From: Bryobacteraceae bacterium
Lineage (GTDB): Bacteria; Acidobacteriota; Terriglobia; Bryobacterales; Bryobacteraceae
Direction: 5' to 3'
Assembly (NCBI GenBank): GCA_049522755.1
Contig: JBEKNN010000005.1
Span: forward strand, 15,768 to 79,767
Length of the DNA: 64,000 nt
A model generated the notes under the pieces. That model saw only the letters and a list, made by a program, of their open reading frames with translations, had not been told where the DNA came from and did no database searches. Each line of letters opens with the position of its first letter. Position 1 is the stretch's first letter. The position numbers and the translations under genes are program-made. Shown in pieces: positions 44,654 through 55,654 of the stretch.

Positions 44654-46672
44654 ATGGCCGATACGAAGCATAGGTGTTTTAGAGAAGAGATGCTGCAGGT
44701 GACACACAGACTCGCCCTCCTGACCGCGCTCGCGACTGCGGCCGCATGGGGGCAATCCAGCCTGGCCGATGCCAGCCTCGAGCAGTTGCTGAACACGCAG
44801 GTAACCTCCGTCTCCAAGAAGGAGGAGAAACTTGCCCGCGCGGCTGCCTCCGTCTTCGTCATCAGCCAGGACGATATCCGCCATTCCGGCGCCACCAACA
44901 TTCCCGACTTGTTGCGCATGGTTCCGGGCGTGGAAGTCGCGCAGATCAATAGCAACGCTTGGGCGGTGACCATCCGCGGCTTCAACCAGCGCTATAGCAA
45001 CAAGGTGCTGGTGCTGGTGGATGGCCGTTCGGTGTATGCGCCGGGCTTTTCAGGGGTCTACTGGGACCAGATCGATACCCCGCTTGAGGATATCGAACGG
45101 ATCGAAGTCATCCGCGGGCCAGGCGCCAGCGTCTGGGGCGCCAACGCTATGAACGGCGTCATCAATATCATCACGAAATCGTCCAAAGCCACCAAAGGAG
45201 GGCTGGCTTCGGCTACCGCGAGTACGCAAGGGGATGCATCGGGCATGGTCCGGTACGGCGGCGATATCGGCGCCGACGGCAGTTACCGCGCCTTCGCAAA
45301 AACCTCCACCTACGCCAGCTCCCAGTTACCCGACGGCTCGCCTGGGCACGACGGCTGGTCCAGCCTGCACTCCGGGTTCCGGTCCGATTGGGACCTTACG
45401 CCCGCCGACACGCTGACGGTGCAAGGCGATCTGTTCTCTAATAGCGAGTCGGAGCTGCGTAATCGCTGGTTCATTAACGAACCCTCCGACCCGGCTTTCG
45501 CTCAGAGTCTGGATGCGGCTGGCGGCAACCTTTTGGCCAGGTGGACGCATACGTTTGCGAACGGATCGGATACTTCCGTGCAAGCCTATTACGACCAGTT
45601 TCAGCGCAACGACGCGGAACAGCCGGATCGGGAGCGCACCCTCGACATAGACTTTCATCATCACTTCGCCGTGGGAAGCCGCCAGGATATCGTCTGGGGC
45701 CTTGGCTACCGCTCGGAAACCACCTATTTGCCGGTTGGATACGAGATTACTGCCACGCCTCCCAGAAGAGTCGACCCTCTATACAGCGCGTTCTTCCAGG
45801 ATGAGATCCAAATCGGCAGCAACGTATGGCTCACCCTGGGCTCCAAGATCGAGAAAAATGCCTACACGGGATTCGAGTATGAGCCCAATGCCCGCATCGC
45901 ATGGGCGCCGGACGCCCGACAAACTCTGTGGGCATCGGCTTCGAAGGCCATCCGGCAGCCGTCGCGCCTCGAAACCGGAGTGGGTCTGGAACTCGGATCG
46001 GCGCCGATTGGGCCGGGACTCGCGGAATCGGTCCAATTGATCCCCAACCCGAATTTCCTGTCCGAGCAGGTTCGAGACTATGAAGTGGGCTATCGTCGCC
46101 AATGGAACAAACGGGTATCGCTCGATGCCGACGTGTTCCTCAGCTTTTACCGCGACCTGGCCACTTTCGAACCGCAAGCGCCGGTGATCGTTCCCGGATT
46201 GGTGACCGTTTTTGAGATCCCGGTAATGTATGGCAATAAGGGCCGCGCCAACGACTATGGCGGGGAATTATCGCTCAACTATAGCGTGAACTCGCGCTGG
46301 CGCATTAGCCCGGGGTACTCCCTGGTGCACATTAACTATTGGCTCGAGCCCTCTTCAGGCGATACGTTGACCGTGTCGCTGGCGGGGAACACGCCCCGGA
46401 ACATGGTTCAGATGCGGTCGGTCATCAATCTTACCAAGCGTCTCGAATGGGATCAAACCGTTTACTGGTCGCAGGCCTTTGCCAATGGAACTATACCCAG
46501 CCACGCGCGTGTGGATTCCAGGCTGGCATGGAAAGCCAGCGAATCGGTGGAGCTGAGTCTGACCGGGCAGAATCTGCTGCGCCCCGAATTTCTGGAGTTT
46601 GGCGATTTCGAAGAGGTCGTGGGAACAGAGGCTCCGCGCAGTCTGATCGGAAAGATCGTATGGCGCTTTTAA
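44654..46672 (+). CDS. TonB-dependent outer-membrane receptor
   Basis: Plug domain (VFVISQDDIRHSGATNIPDLLRMVPGVEV...IRGF...VLVLVDGRSVY), a long beta-barrel, and a terminal aromatic residue (VWRF). An alternative start is at 44690. Confidence 0.85.
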   Translation: MADTKHRCFREEMLQVTHRLALLTALATAAAWGQSSLADASLEQLLNTQVTSVSKKEEKLARAAASVFVISQDDIRHSGATNIPDLLRMVPGVEVAQINSNAWAVTIRGFNQRYSNKVLVLVDGRSVYAPGFSGVYWDQIDTPLEDIERIEVIRGPGASVWGANAMNGVINIITKSSKATKGGLASATASTQGDASGMVRYGGDIGADGSYRAFAKTSTYASSQLPDGSPGHDGWSSLHSGFRSDWDLTPADTLTVQGDLFSNSESELRNRWFINEPSDPAFAQSLDAAGGNLLARWTHTFANGSDTSVQAYYDQFQRNDAEQPDRERTLDIDFHHHFAVGSRQDIVWGLGYRSETTYLPVGYEITATPPRRVDPLYSAFFQDEIQIGSNVWLTLGSKIEKNAYTGFEYEPNARIAWAPDARQTLWASASKAIRQPSRLETGVGLELGSAPIGPGLAESVQLIPNPNFLSEQVRDYEVGYRRQWNKRVSLDADVFLSFYRDLATFEPQAPVIVPGLVTVFEIPVMYGNKGRANDYGGELSLNYSVNSRWRISPGYSLVHINYWLEPSSGDTLTVSLAGNTPRNMVQMRSVINLTKRLEWDQTVYWSQAFANGTIPSHARVDSRLAWKASESVELSLTGQNLLRPEFLEFGDFEEVVGTEAPRSLIGKIVWRF

Positions 46673-47202
46673 GATGCCGGCCGCTGGCCCTCGCGCTGGC
46701 TCTGGCGTTGGCGATGCCCGCCTCCATTCCTGCGCAGGCGGCCAACGAATATGAAGTCAAGGCGGCATTCCTTTTTAACTTCACGCGGTTTGTGGATTGG
46801 CCGCAGTCTTCGGCTAGCGGTCTGTTTTGCATTGGAATAGCCGGGGCCGACCCATTCGGAAGCGCTTTGGAGGAAGCCGTCAAAGGGCGATCCGCGGGCG
46901 GCCATGCAATCGCGGTCAAACACTTCAAACCCGGCGAGGAATCGGCCGCCTGCGAGATAGTGTTCATCTCCGGAGCGGATGCCAGGAAGATGCGCGCGGC
47001 GCTCGGCCGGCTACAACACGCCGCCGTGCTGACGGTGGGAGAAGGGCCTGGTTTCTGCCACAGCGGCGGGGTGATCGCATTTGAAATCGAGGACAACAAG
47101 GTCAGATTAGAGATCAACCCCGAAGCGGCTCAACGGGCGCGCCTGCAGATCAGCTCCAAGCTCCTTAGCCTGGCCACTCTGGTGCGGGATACAGGCGAAT
47201 GA
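46660..47202 (+). CDS. YfiR-family (DUF4154) periplasmic protein
   Basis: The start ATG overlaps the receptor gene by 13 nt. Signal peptide [46 protein letters not shown] is the DUF4154 signature. Confidence 0.65.
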   Translation: MALLRCRPLALALALALAMPASIPAQAANEYEVKAAFLFNFTRFVDWPQSSASGLFCIGIAGADPFGSALEEAVKGRSAGGHAIAVKHFKPGEESAACEIVFISGADARKMRAALGRLQHAAVLTVGEGPGFCHSGGVIAFEIEDNKVRLEINPEAAQRARLQISSKLLSLATLVRDTGE

Positions 47203-47203
47203 A

Positions 47204-49195
<1,992 letters not shown>

Positions 49196-49206
49196 AACCG
49201 CCCCGC

Positions 49207-52200
49207 CTATTGGTTCACCTTGACCGCCGGCGCCTGCACCGCCGGAATATTCTGATCGTGGATCAACTTATTGAAAGCGGCCAGATCCGTAGTCAGCAAT
49301 CCGTTCAACGTCTTCATCTCGCCGTTTACCTTAGTGGCGACGTCTTCATAGACCATGTACGATTGCGCGGTGGGTTGATTATCCGAGCTCTCCACCACGC
49401 CCATCACATAGGCCAGCTTGTTGTTGAGCTTGATTGGATAATTCAGCGGATCTTCGCTGGCGCGGTTCTTAGTCTGGTAAAGCTCTTCTTCCACCGCGGT
49501 CAGCTTGCCGATCAGCGCCTTGGCCGCATCGGCGACGCGCTTATCGTCGCGCTTGGCGTATTCGTCCAATTGCTTGCGCAGCTCGCGGATACGGATCACG
49601 CCTTCGTTGGTCTCCGATAGCTTATCGCGAACCTGCAGCGCCAGCGTCAACTGCTTGGCGTAATCTTCAGGCGTGGTGTCGAGGCGCGGGTCCTTCTTGA
49701 TCGCGAAGCTTTGCGTCTGCGTCTTGCCATCCACGGTGAGACGCACCTGATAAGTTCCCGGCGCCGCCAGCGGTCCGGTCATGCTGCCCGCCCAGAGAAT
49801 GATTCCGGGAAAGGTAGTCGCATCCGGATACCGCATGTTCCATACGAAGCGGTTCATGCCGGCCTGCGCGGAAACGCGCGCGGGCGGACCGCCGCCGCGT
49901 CCACCGCCGGCGTTAGCTTCTGCGCCTTCGGCCGGCGGTGCTGGCTCGGGCGCCCTGCTCGAAAATTCGTGGACCAGTTTGCCGGTGGAATCGAGGAACT
50001 CCAGCTTCACGTCGCCCTGCGGCCGGGCCTTCAGCCAATAGCTGACCACGGCGCCCGCAGGCGGATTTTCGCCGACAGCCGGACCGCCGCCGCGCCCGCC
50101 GCCGCCGAATCCGCGGCCCCCGCCGACGCGGTACGTATCCTTGGGTTTGAACAGGTGCGCATCTTCACTCTGCACGCTGGGGCTATTCTGGGGGGTAATC
50201 TGATAGAGCAACGGCAGGTCGTCGAAGATATAGAACGATCGGCCCTGCGTGGCCACCAGCAGCTCCTGCTCGCGTTTATGGAACGCCACGTCGGCGATGG
50301 GCACGATGGGCAGATTCAATTGGAAAGATTTCCAGTTCGCGCCATCGTCGAACGAAATGTAGAGGCCGAACTCGGTGCCCGCCACCAGCAGCCCGCGATG
50401 GTTCGGATCTTCCTTGACCACCCGCGTGAAGTGCCGGTCCGGGATGCCGTTGACGATCTTCGTCCACGTCTTGCCATAGTCGGCTGTCTTGAAAAGGTAC
50501 GGATGGAAATCGTCGAGCTTGTATGCCGTAACCGCTACGTAGGCCGTGCCGGCGTCGAAACTCGACGCGTCGATGGAGTTGACCTGGCTCCATTCGGGGA
50601 AGCCTTTAGGCGTCACATTGTCCCAATGCTTGCCGCCATCGCGCGTGAGCTGCACCAGCCCGTCGTCCGTGCCGGCCCAGATGAGGCCCTTGGTAACCGG
50701 CGATTCGGTGAAGGTGAAAATGGTGTCGTAATATTCGATGGACGTGTTGTCCTGCGTGACCGGGCCACCCGACGATAACTGCTTCGACTTATCGTTGCGC
50801 GTCAGATCGGGGCTGATCGTCTCCCAGCTCTGGCCTTCGTTCACGGTCTTCATCAGCACGTTCGAGCCGATGTAGAGCGTCTTCGGATCGTGCGGCGAAA
50901 ACTCGATCGGGAAGCTCCACTGGAAGCGATACTTCAGCGTATCGGCGCCGTACCCCATCGGGTTATCGGGCCACGCGTTGATGTTGCGCATCTGCCCGGT
51001 GCGATGATCCTGGCGCGTAATCAGGTTGCCGTAGGAGCCCGCATAGACTATCTCGGAATTGCGCGGGTCGGGCGCGATCCATCCGCTCTCGCCGCCGCCC
51101 ACATCGTAAAAATCGGCCGCGGTGATGCCCCCGGCGAGCGTACGGCTGGCGATCCGGACCGTCGAGTTGTCCTGCTGCGCGCCGTAAACGTGATACGGGA
51201 AATCTTCATCCAGCGCGACGCGGTAGAACTGGGCGGTGGGCTGATTGTCTTCCGTGGACCAGGTCTCGCCGCCATCGGCGGTTATGGTGGCCCCGCCGTC
51301 ATTGCTCAGGATCATGCGCTGCGGGTTTTCCGGCGCGATCCACAGATCGTGGTTGTCGCCATGCGGTGGGCGCATCTGCTGGAACGTGCGCCCGCCGTCG
51401 ATGGATCTCCACATCCCCACGTTGTTGACGTAAACCGTATCGGCGCTTTTGGGATCGGCGAAAATGTGCGAGTAATACCAGGCGCGCTGGCGCAGATCGT
51501 TCTCGGTATTGAGCCTGGTCCAGGTGCGGCCGCCGTTGTCCGAGCGGAACACGCCGCCGTCGGCCGCTTCCACAATGGCCCAGACGCGCTCGGGATTCGC
51601 CGGGGAAACGGTGATGCCGATGCGGCCTTCGACGCCGCGCGGCAATCCGGGGGCGTGCGAAAGATCCTGCCACGTATCGCCCCCGTCGGTGGATTTCCAG
51701 ATGCCGCTCCCAGGTCCTCCGCTATCGAGGCGCCAAGGCTTGCGGCTCGCTTCCCAGAAGCCGGCGTAGAGCACCCGCGGATTCGAAGGGTCCATGGCGA
51801 TATCGGCGGCGCCCGTATCCGGCCCGCGCGTGAGCACCTGTTTCCAGGTTTGTCCGCCGTCCGTCGAACGGTAGACGCCGCGCTCGGCGTTTGGTCCCCA
51901 CAGGTGGCCTAGAGCCGCGACGTAAACGATATCGGGATTCCTGGGGTGAACCACCACCGCGCCGATATGGTAGGTCTGCTCCAGACCCACGTTGCGCCAG
52001 GTGCGCCCGGCATCGATGGATTTGTAGACGCCGTCGCCATTCGAGGCATTGCCGCGAACGCAAGCTTCGCCCATGCCAACGTAGATGGTGTTCGGGTCCG
52101 AAGCCGCAACGGCGATCGCGCCGACAGAGCCGGTCTTGAAGAAGGCGTCGGATATGGGCAGCCAGCTCAAGCCTGCGTCGGCAGTCTTCCAAACGCCGCC

Positions 52201-52392
52201 GCCGGTCGCGCCAAAGTAGTAGGTCTTAGGATCGGATGGCACGCCCGCCACAGCCACCGAGCGGCCGCCGCGGAACGGGCCGATCAGACGGAAACGGAGA
52301 TCGCGTAGAAGTGGATCGCCCTGCTGCGCGGCCAGCAGGAGGGGGACAACAGCAAAGAGTAAACGGCGTACGAGCTTCATACTATGTGGCAT
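49207..52392 (-). CDS. Secreted BNR/Asp-box repeat protein of the sortilin/VPS10-like double-propeller family
   Basis: 1061 aa with a signal peptide. Repeated SxDxGxTW boxes (SIDAGRTW, STDGGQTW, STDGGDTW, SDNGGRTW, TADGGETW). An alternative start is at 52380. Confidence 0.8.
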   Translation of the reverse strand: MPHSMKLVRRLLFAVVPLLLAAQQGDPLLRDLRFRLIGPFRGGRSVAVAGVPSDPKTYYFGATGGGVWKTADAGLSWLPISDAFFKTGSVGAIAVAASDPNTIYVGMGEACVRGNASNGDGVYKSIDAGRTWRNVGLEQTYHIGAVVVHPRNPDIVYVAALGHLWGPNAERGVYRSTDGGQTWKQVLTRGPDTGAADIAMDPSNPRVLYAGFWEASRKPWRLDSGGPGSGIWKSTDGGDTWQDLSHAPGLPRGVEGRIGITVSPANPERVWAIVEAADGGVFRSDNGGRTWTRLNTENDLRQRAWYYSHIFADPKSADTVYVNNVGMWRSIDGGRTFQQMRPPHGDNHDLWIAPENPQRMILSNDGGATITADGGETWSTEDNQPTAQFYRVALDEDFPYHVYGAQQDNSTVRIASRTLAGGITAADFYDVGGGESGWIAPDPRNSEIVYAGSYGNLITRQDHRTGQMRNINAWPDNPMGYGADTLKYRFQWSFPIEFSPHDPKTLYIGSNVLMKTVNEGQSWETISPDLTRNDKSKQLSSGGPVTQDNTSIEYYDTIFTFTESPVTKGLIWAGTDDGLVQLTRDGGKHWDNVTPKGFPEWSQVNSIDASSFDAGTAYVAVTAYKLDDFHPYLFKTADYGKTWTKIVNGIPDRHFTRVVKEDPNHRGLLVAGTEFGLYISFDDGANWKSFQLNLPIVPIADVAFHKREQELLVATQGRSFYIFDDLPLLYQITPQNSPSVQSEDAHLFKPKDTYRVGGGRGFGGGGRGGGPAVGENPPAGAVVSYWLKARPQGDVKLEFLDSTGKLVHEFSSRAPEPAPPAEGAEANAGGGRGGGPPARVSAQAGMNRFVWNMRYPDATTFPGIILWAGSMTGPLAAPGTYQVRLTVDGKTQTQSFAIKKDPRLDTTPEDYAKQLTLALQVRDKLSETNEGVIRIRELRKQLDEYAKRDDKRVADAAKALIGKLTAVEEELYQTKNRASEDPLNYPIKLNNKLAYVMGVVESSDNQPTAQSYMVYEDVATKVNGEMKTLNGLLTTDLAAFNKLIHDQNIPAVQAPAVKVNQ

Positions 52393-52618
52393 AGTAGCAG
52401 AAGTTCCCCGCCCTGTTCAGGCGAGCGCTACAGACCCGCCGATTTGGAACAAGTTTCGGGATTGAGAGGACTCGGCTGGAGTTGTAACGGGTCTGGCAGG
52501 AGGAAAAAATTGATAAATGGCGCGGGCCGGCGCTTCTTTGTGGACGCGCGCATTCAGCGCGATGAGCATTTCCGGTTCTGTCGAGGCGCCGCGCCCGCGA
52601 ATCTACCGAACCGGTGGA

Positions 52619-53650
52619 CTAATTCAGGAAATACGTCCGGTACAACGTATCCCGTTGCTTGGGCACAAATCCGGCGTCCCGAATGATCCGCCGCAGCTCC
52701 TCTTCACTGGCGCGATGATGCGCCCCGGCGGCCGACACCACATTCTCTTCGATCATAATGCTGCCCACGTCGTTGCCGCCAAACCGCAGGCCCAACTGGC
52801 ACGTCTTCAGCCCCTGCGTTACCCATGACGATTGCACATTTTCGAAATTGTCGAGGTAAATCCGCGAAATCGCCAACGTTTGCAGGTACTCCACTGCGGT
52901 GGCTTCTTCCTTGACAAACCGCCCGAGCGAGGTATTTTCCCGCTGAAACGTCCACGGGATAAACGCCGTAAATCCGCCGGTCTCCGCCTGAAGATTCCGC
53001 ACCAGCTCCAAATGGTTCATGCGCTGCTCGATGGTCTCGCCGCAGCCGAACATCATGGTGGCCGTGGTCCGCATGCCAAGCTGGTGCGCGGTGCGGTGTA
53101 CATCCACCCATTCCTGCACGGAGCATTTCAAGCGGCTGATGCGGTGGCGCACGGCGTCGTCCAACACTTCCGCGCCGCCGCCGGGGATGGAATCGAGCCC
53201 GGAATCCCGCAAGCGCTGGATGGTATCGTGCAGGGTAAGCCCGCTTACTTCGGCGATATTAGTCACCTCGGGCGCGGAGAGGCAATGCAGATGGATCCGG
53301 AACCGCTCCTTGATGCCGCGGAACAGATCCTCATACCATTCGATCTTGAGGTCCGGATGCAGACCACCCTGCATCAACAGGCCGGTGCCGCCCAAGTCGA
53401 GCGTCTCCTGAATTTTGGCGTAGATGGTTTCCTTGGGCAGAATGTAGCCTTCGGCGTGGCCCAGCGGGCGGTAGAAGGCGCAGAAGCTGCAATATTCGGT
53501 GCAGAAATTGGTGTAGTTGATATTGCGGTCTATGATGTAGGAGACGATGCCCTCGGGATGCCACTTGCGGCGCATGGCGTCCGCCTCCATGCCAATGCCG
53601 ATGAGGTCGTCCGAACGGAACAGATCGAGCGCTTCTTCGCGAGAGATCAT
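52619..53650 (-). CDS. mqnC: Radical SAM enzyme of the futalosine menaquinone pathway, most like cyclic dehypoxanthinyl futalosine synthase
   Basis: 343 aa. SYIIDRNINYTNFCTEYCSFCAFYR carries the CxxxCxxC cluster in the MqnC-type context. The MqnC versus MqnE assignment is made from memory of the IDRNINYTN motif. Confidence 0.65.
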   Translation of the reverse strand: MISREEALDLFRSDDLIGIGMEADAMRRKWHPEGIVSYIIDRNINYTNFCTEYCSFCAFYRPLGHAEGYILPKETIYAKIQETLDLGGTGLLMQGGLHPDLKIEWYEDLFRGIKERFRIHLHCLSAPEVTNIAEVSGLTLHDTIQRLRDSGLDSIPGGGAEVLDDAVRHRISRLKCSVQEWVDVHRTAHQLGMRTTATMMFGCGETIEQRMNHLELVRNLQAETGGFTAFIPWTFQRENTSLGRFVKEEATAVEYLQTLAISRIYLDNFENVQSSWVTQGLKTCQLGLRFGGNDVGSIMIEENVVSAAGAHHRASEEELRRIIRDAGFVPKQRDTLYRTYFLN

Positions 53651-53693
53651 AAATGAATAGGAGACTGCTCTCCTATTCTACGCGGTTTCCGGA

Positions 53694-53734
53694 GGCGGAT
53701 TCACAATCCGCCGCAGATTAACAATCTGCCCTAC
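53694..53734 (-). repeat. REP-like element: GTAG head plus two hairpins (GTAGGGCAGATTGTTAATCTGC GGCGGATTGTGAATCCGCC)
   Basis: Lies between the hypothetical gene stop (53750) and the mqnC start. Same layout as 6002-6043. Confidence 0.55.
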
Positions 53735-53749
53735 ACTACCTGCCCCACA

Positions 53750-54133
53750 TTACGCGCTCGCGGCGGCAAGTTGGCGGTCGGTGGTTTCCAGCAGCAGGTA
53801 CACGGTGAAGAGCGGCTGGCCGGGGACCCCGCTCCAACGGCTTACTTCCCAACCCGCGCGGAGGTACTTGACGTCGGGCCGCCGCGTGAGATCGACCGGC
53901 ATCTGGTAGACGCCGCAGTAGAATTTCTGAGGGTAGGCGAGCAAGGGAACTCGTCCCCAATCGACACCGTCGGCTGAACCCCAGATGCTAATTTCGATGC
54001 TTTCTTTTTCGACGATGCGGGTTATGCCAAGAGTGAGAAACAGCATCCCACCCCGCTCCTCGCGGAGATCGATTGCGGGACTGGTTCCCGCATCGCGCAC
54101 TGTAGTCTCGGGCAATAAGAATTCCGGATACAT
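53750..54133 (-). CDS. Hypothetical protein (127 aa), likely co-transcribed with the aminotransferase
   Basis: ORF on the same strand, 27 nt after the aminotransferase stop. No recognisable motif. Confidence 0.45.
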   Translation of the reverse strand: MYPEFLLPETTVRDAGTSPAIDLREERGGMLFLTLGITRIVEKESIEISIWGSADGVDWGRVPLLAYPQKFYCGVYQMPVDLTRRPDVKYLRAGWEVSRWSGVPGQPLFTVYLLLETTDRQLAAASA

Positions 54134-54160
54134 GAGCGCCTTCCTGTCCGGGTAAACAGC

Positions 54161-55345
54161 CTAGCTATTAAGACGGCTAAGTTTCTCCCGGGCTGCCTCC
54201 AGAGTCTCATACTTCTTACAAAAACAAAAGCGCACAAAATGTGCCCCGTCGGCCGGATGTAAGAAAAAGCTCGATCCGGGAACCGCGGCGATTCCAACGT
54301 TTTCAATTAAGTGACGGACAAATGACACATCGTCATGGAAGCCGGTGCGAGAGATATCGGCCATCACGTAATATGCGCCGTGCGGGATAGAACACTTGAG
54401 TCCGGCGCCTTCCAGCGAGGCCACAATGTGATCGCGCTTCCCGGAGTATTCGGCGGCGAGTGCGGCGTAGTATTCGTCGGGCATCCCGAGAGCCATCACT
54501 CCGGCCTGCTGGAGCGGAGACGCGGCGCCGACGGTGATGAAGTCGTGAACCTTGCGGATGGAATCGGTCAAATCCGGCGGCGCCAGCACCCAGCCCACGC
54601 GCCACCCGGTGACCGAATAAGTCTTACTCATGCTATTCACCAGGATGGAGCGCTCGCGCATGCCCGGCAGCGAAATGATGGGAATGTGCGCTGCGCCGTC
54701 GTATACGATGTGCTCGTAGATTTCATCGGTGATGGCGAGCGTATCGAACTCCTGGCACAGCCCGGCGATGAACTCGAGCTCGTCGCGCGTGAAGACCTTG
54801 CCGGTGGGGTTATTCGGCGAATTGAGGATGATGGCTTTGGTGCGCGGCGTAAAGGCGCGGCGCAGCTCATCGCGGTCGAAGCTCCAATCCGGAGCCCGCA
54901 GGGAAACGAAGCGCGTGCGGGCGCCGCAGAGCTCAGAATCGGGCCGGTAGTTTTCGTAAAACGGCTCGAAGAGAACGATTTCATCGCCCGCATCGAGCAC
55001 GGCCAGCATAGTCGAAATCATGCCCTCGGTGGCGCCGCAGCAGACGGTGATCTCGCGTTCCGGATCGAACTGCATCGCATAATGGCGCGCATACTTTTCG
55101 GCGATGGCGTCGCGGAACGGCTTCGCGCCCCAAGTGATGGAGTACTGGTTGATATCGGCAGCGATGGCTTCGGCGGCGGCGCGCTTGAGCGCTTCCGGCG
55201 CGGGGAAATCCGGGAAACCCTGGGCGAGGTTGGTGGCGCCGTGGCGCATGGCCAGGCGCGTCATCTCGCGGATGACTGACTCAGTGAAGTTGGCGATGCG
55301 CTGGCTGCGAAAGCGTGTGCGCAAAGAGGCGACAGGCGACGACAT
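54161..55345 (-). CDS. Class I/II PLP-dependent aminotransferase (YbdL / kynurenine-oxoglutarate transaminase-like)
   Basis: 394 aa. LAQGFPDFP, NSPNNPTGKVF, and the PLP-lysine motif NSMSKTYSVTGWRVGW. Confidence 0.85.
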   Translation of the reverse strand: MSSPVASLRTRFRSQRIANFTESVIREMTRLAMRHGATNLAQGFPDFPAPEALKRAAAEAIAADINQYSITWGAKPFRDAIAEKYARHYAMQFDPEREITVCCGATEGMISTMLAVLDAGDEIVLFEPFYENYRPDSELCGARTRFVSLRAPDWSFDRDELRRAFTPRTKAIILNSPNNPTGKVFTRDELEFIAGLCQEFDTLAITDEIYEHIVYDGAAHIPIISLPGMRERSILVNSMSKTYSVTGWRVGWVLAPPDLTDSIRKVHDFITVGAASPLQQAGVMALGMPDEYYAALAAEYSGKRDHIVASLEGAGLKCSIPHGAYYVMADISRTGFHDDVSFVRHLIENVGIAAVPGSSFFLHPADGAHFVRFCFCKKYETLEAAREKLSRLNS

Positions 55346-55490
55346 TCTTCGAGATTAGCAGTAAATCCGGAAGGGTCCGGCGCGGATCGATGCGCCAGAC
55401 CCAGTTAATACGAGGAACGTTGGGTTAAAGATAGCAGCGGCGGACGGGGCGGAATACATACGATTTGGTTAACGCCCGGCTAATATCCGT

Positions 55491-55515
55491 GTAGGACAGG
55501 CCTCCCCGGCCTGTC
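55491..55515 (+). repeat. REP-like element (GTAGGACAGGCCTCCCCGGCCTGTC)
   Basis: GTAG head plus an 8-bp stem GACAGGCC/GGCCTGTC. Intergenic. Confidence 0.55.
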
Positions 55516-55654
55516 GTTTGCAGTGCGCAGCCTTGTTTCGCAATCGACGCCGGCGCAATGGTGACGCCACCAATTGTTACGGAAAGATTCGACTGGCGCC
55601 TGCGGAAGGCCGGCTGGCCAAGCTTCTGACGTCGGTTCGGTGGTTGGCAGTTTA

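Noticed and set aside
53655-53676. A 9-bp-stem hairpin (aataggaga-ctgc-tctcctatt) 5 nt upstream of the mqnC start, possibly sequestering an RBS.
   Set aside because: The AGGAGA arm lies about 20 nt from the ATG, too far to be the functional SD. No evidence for a regulatory role can be drawn from sequence alone.
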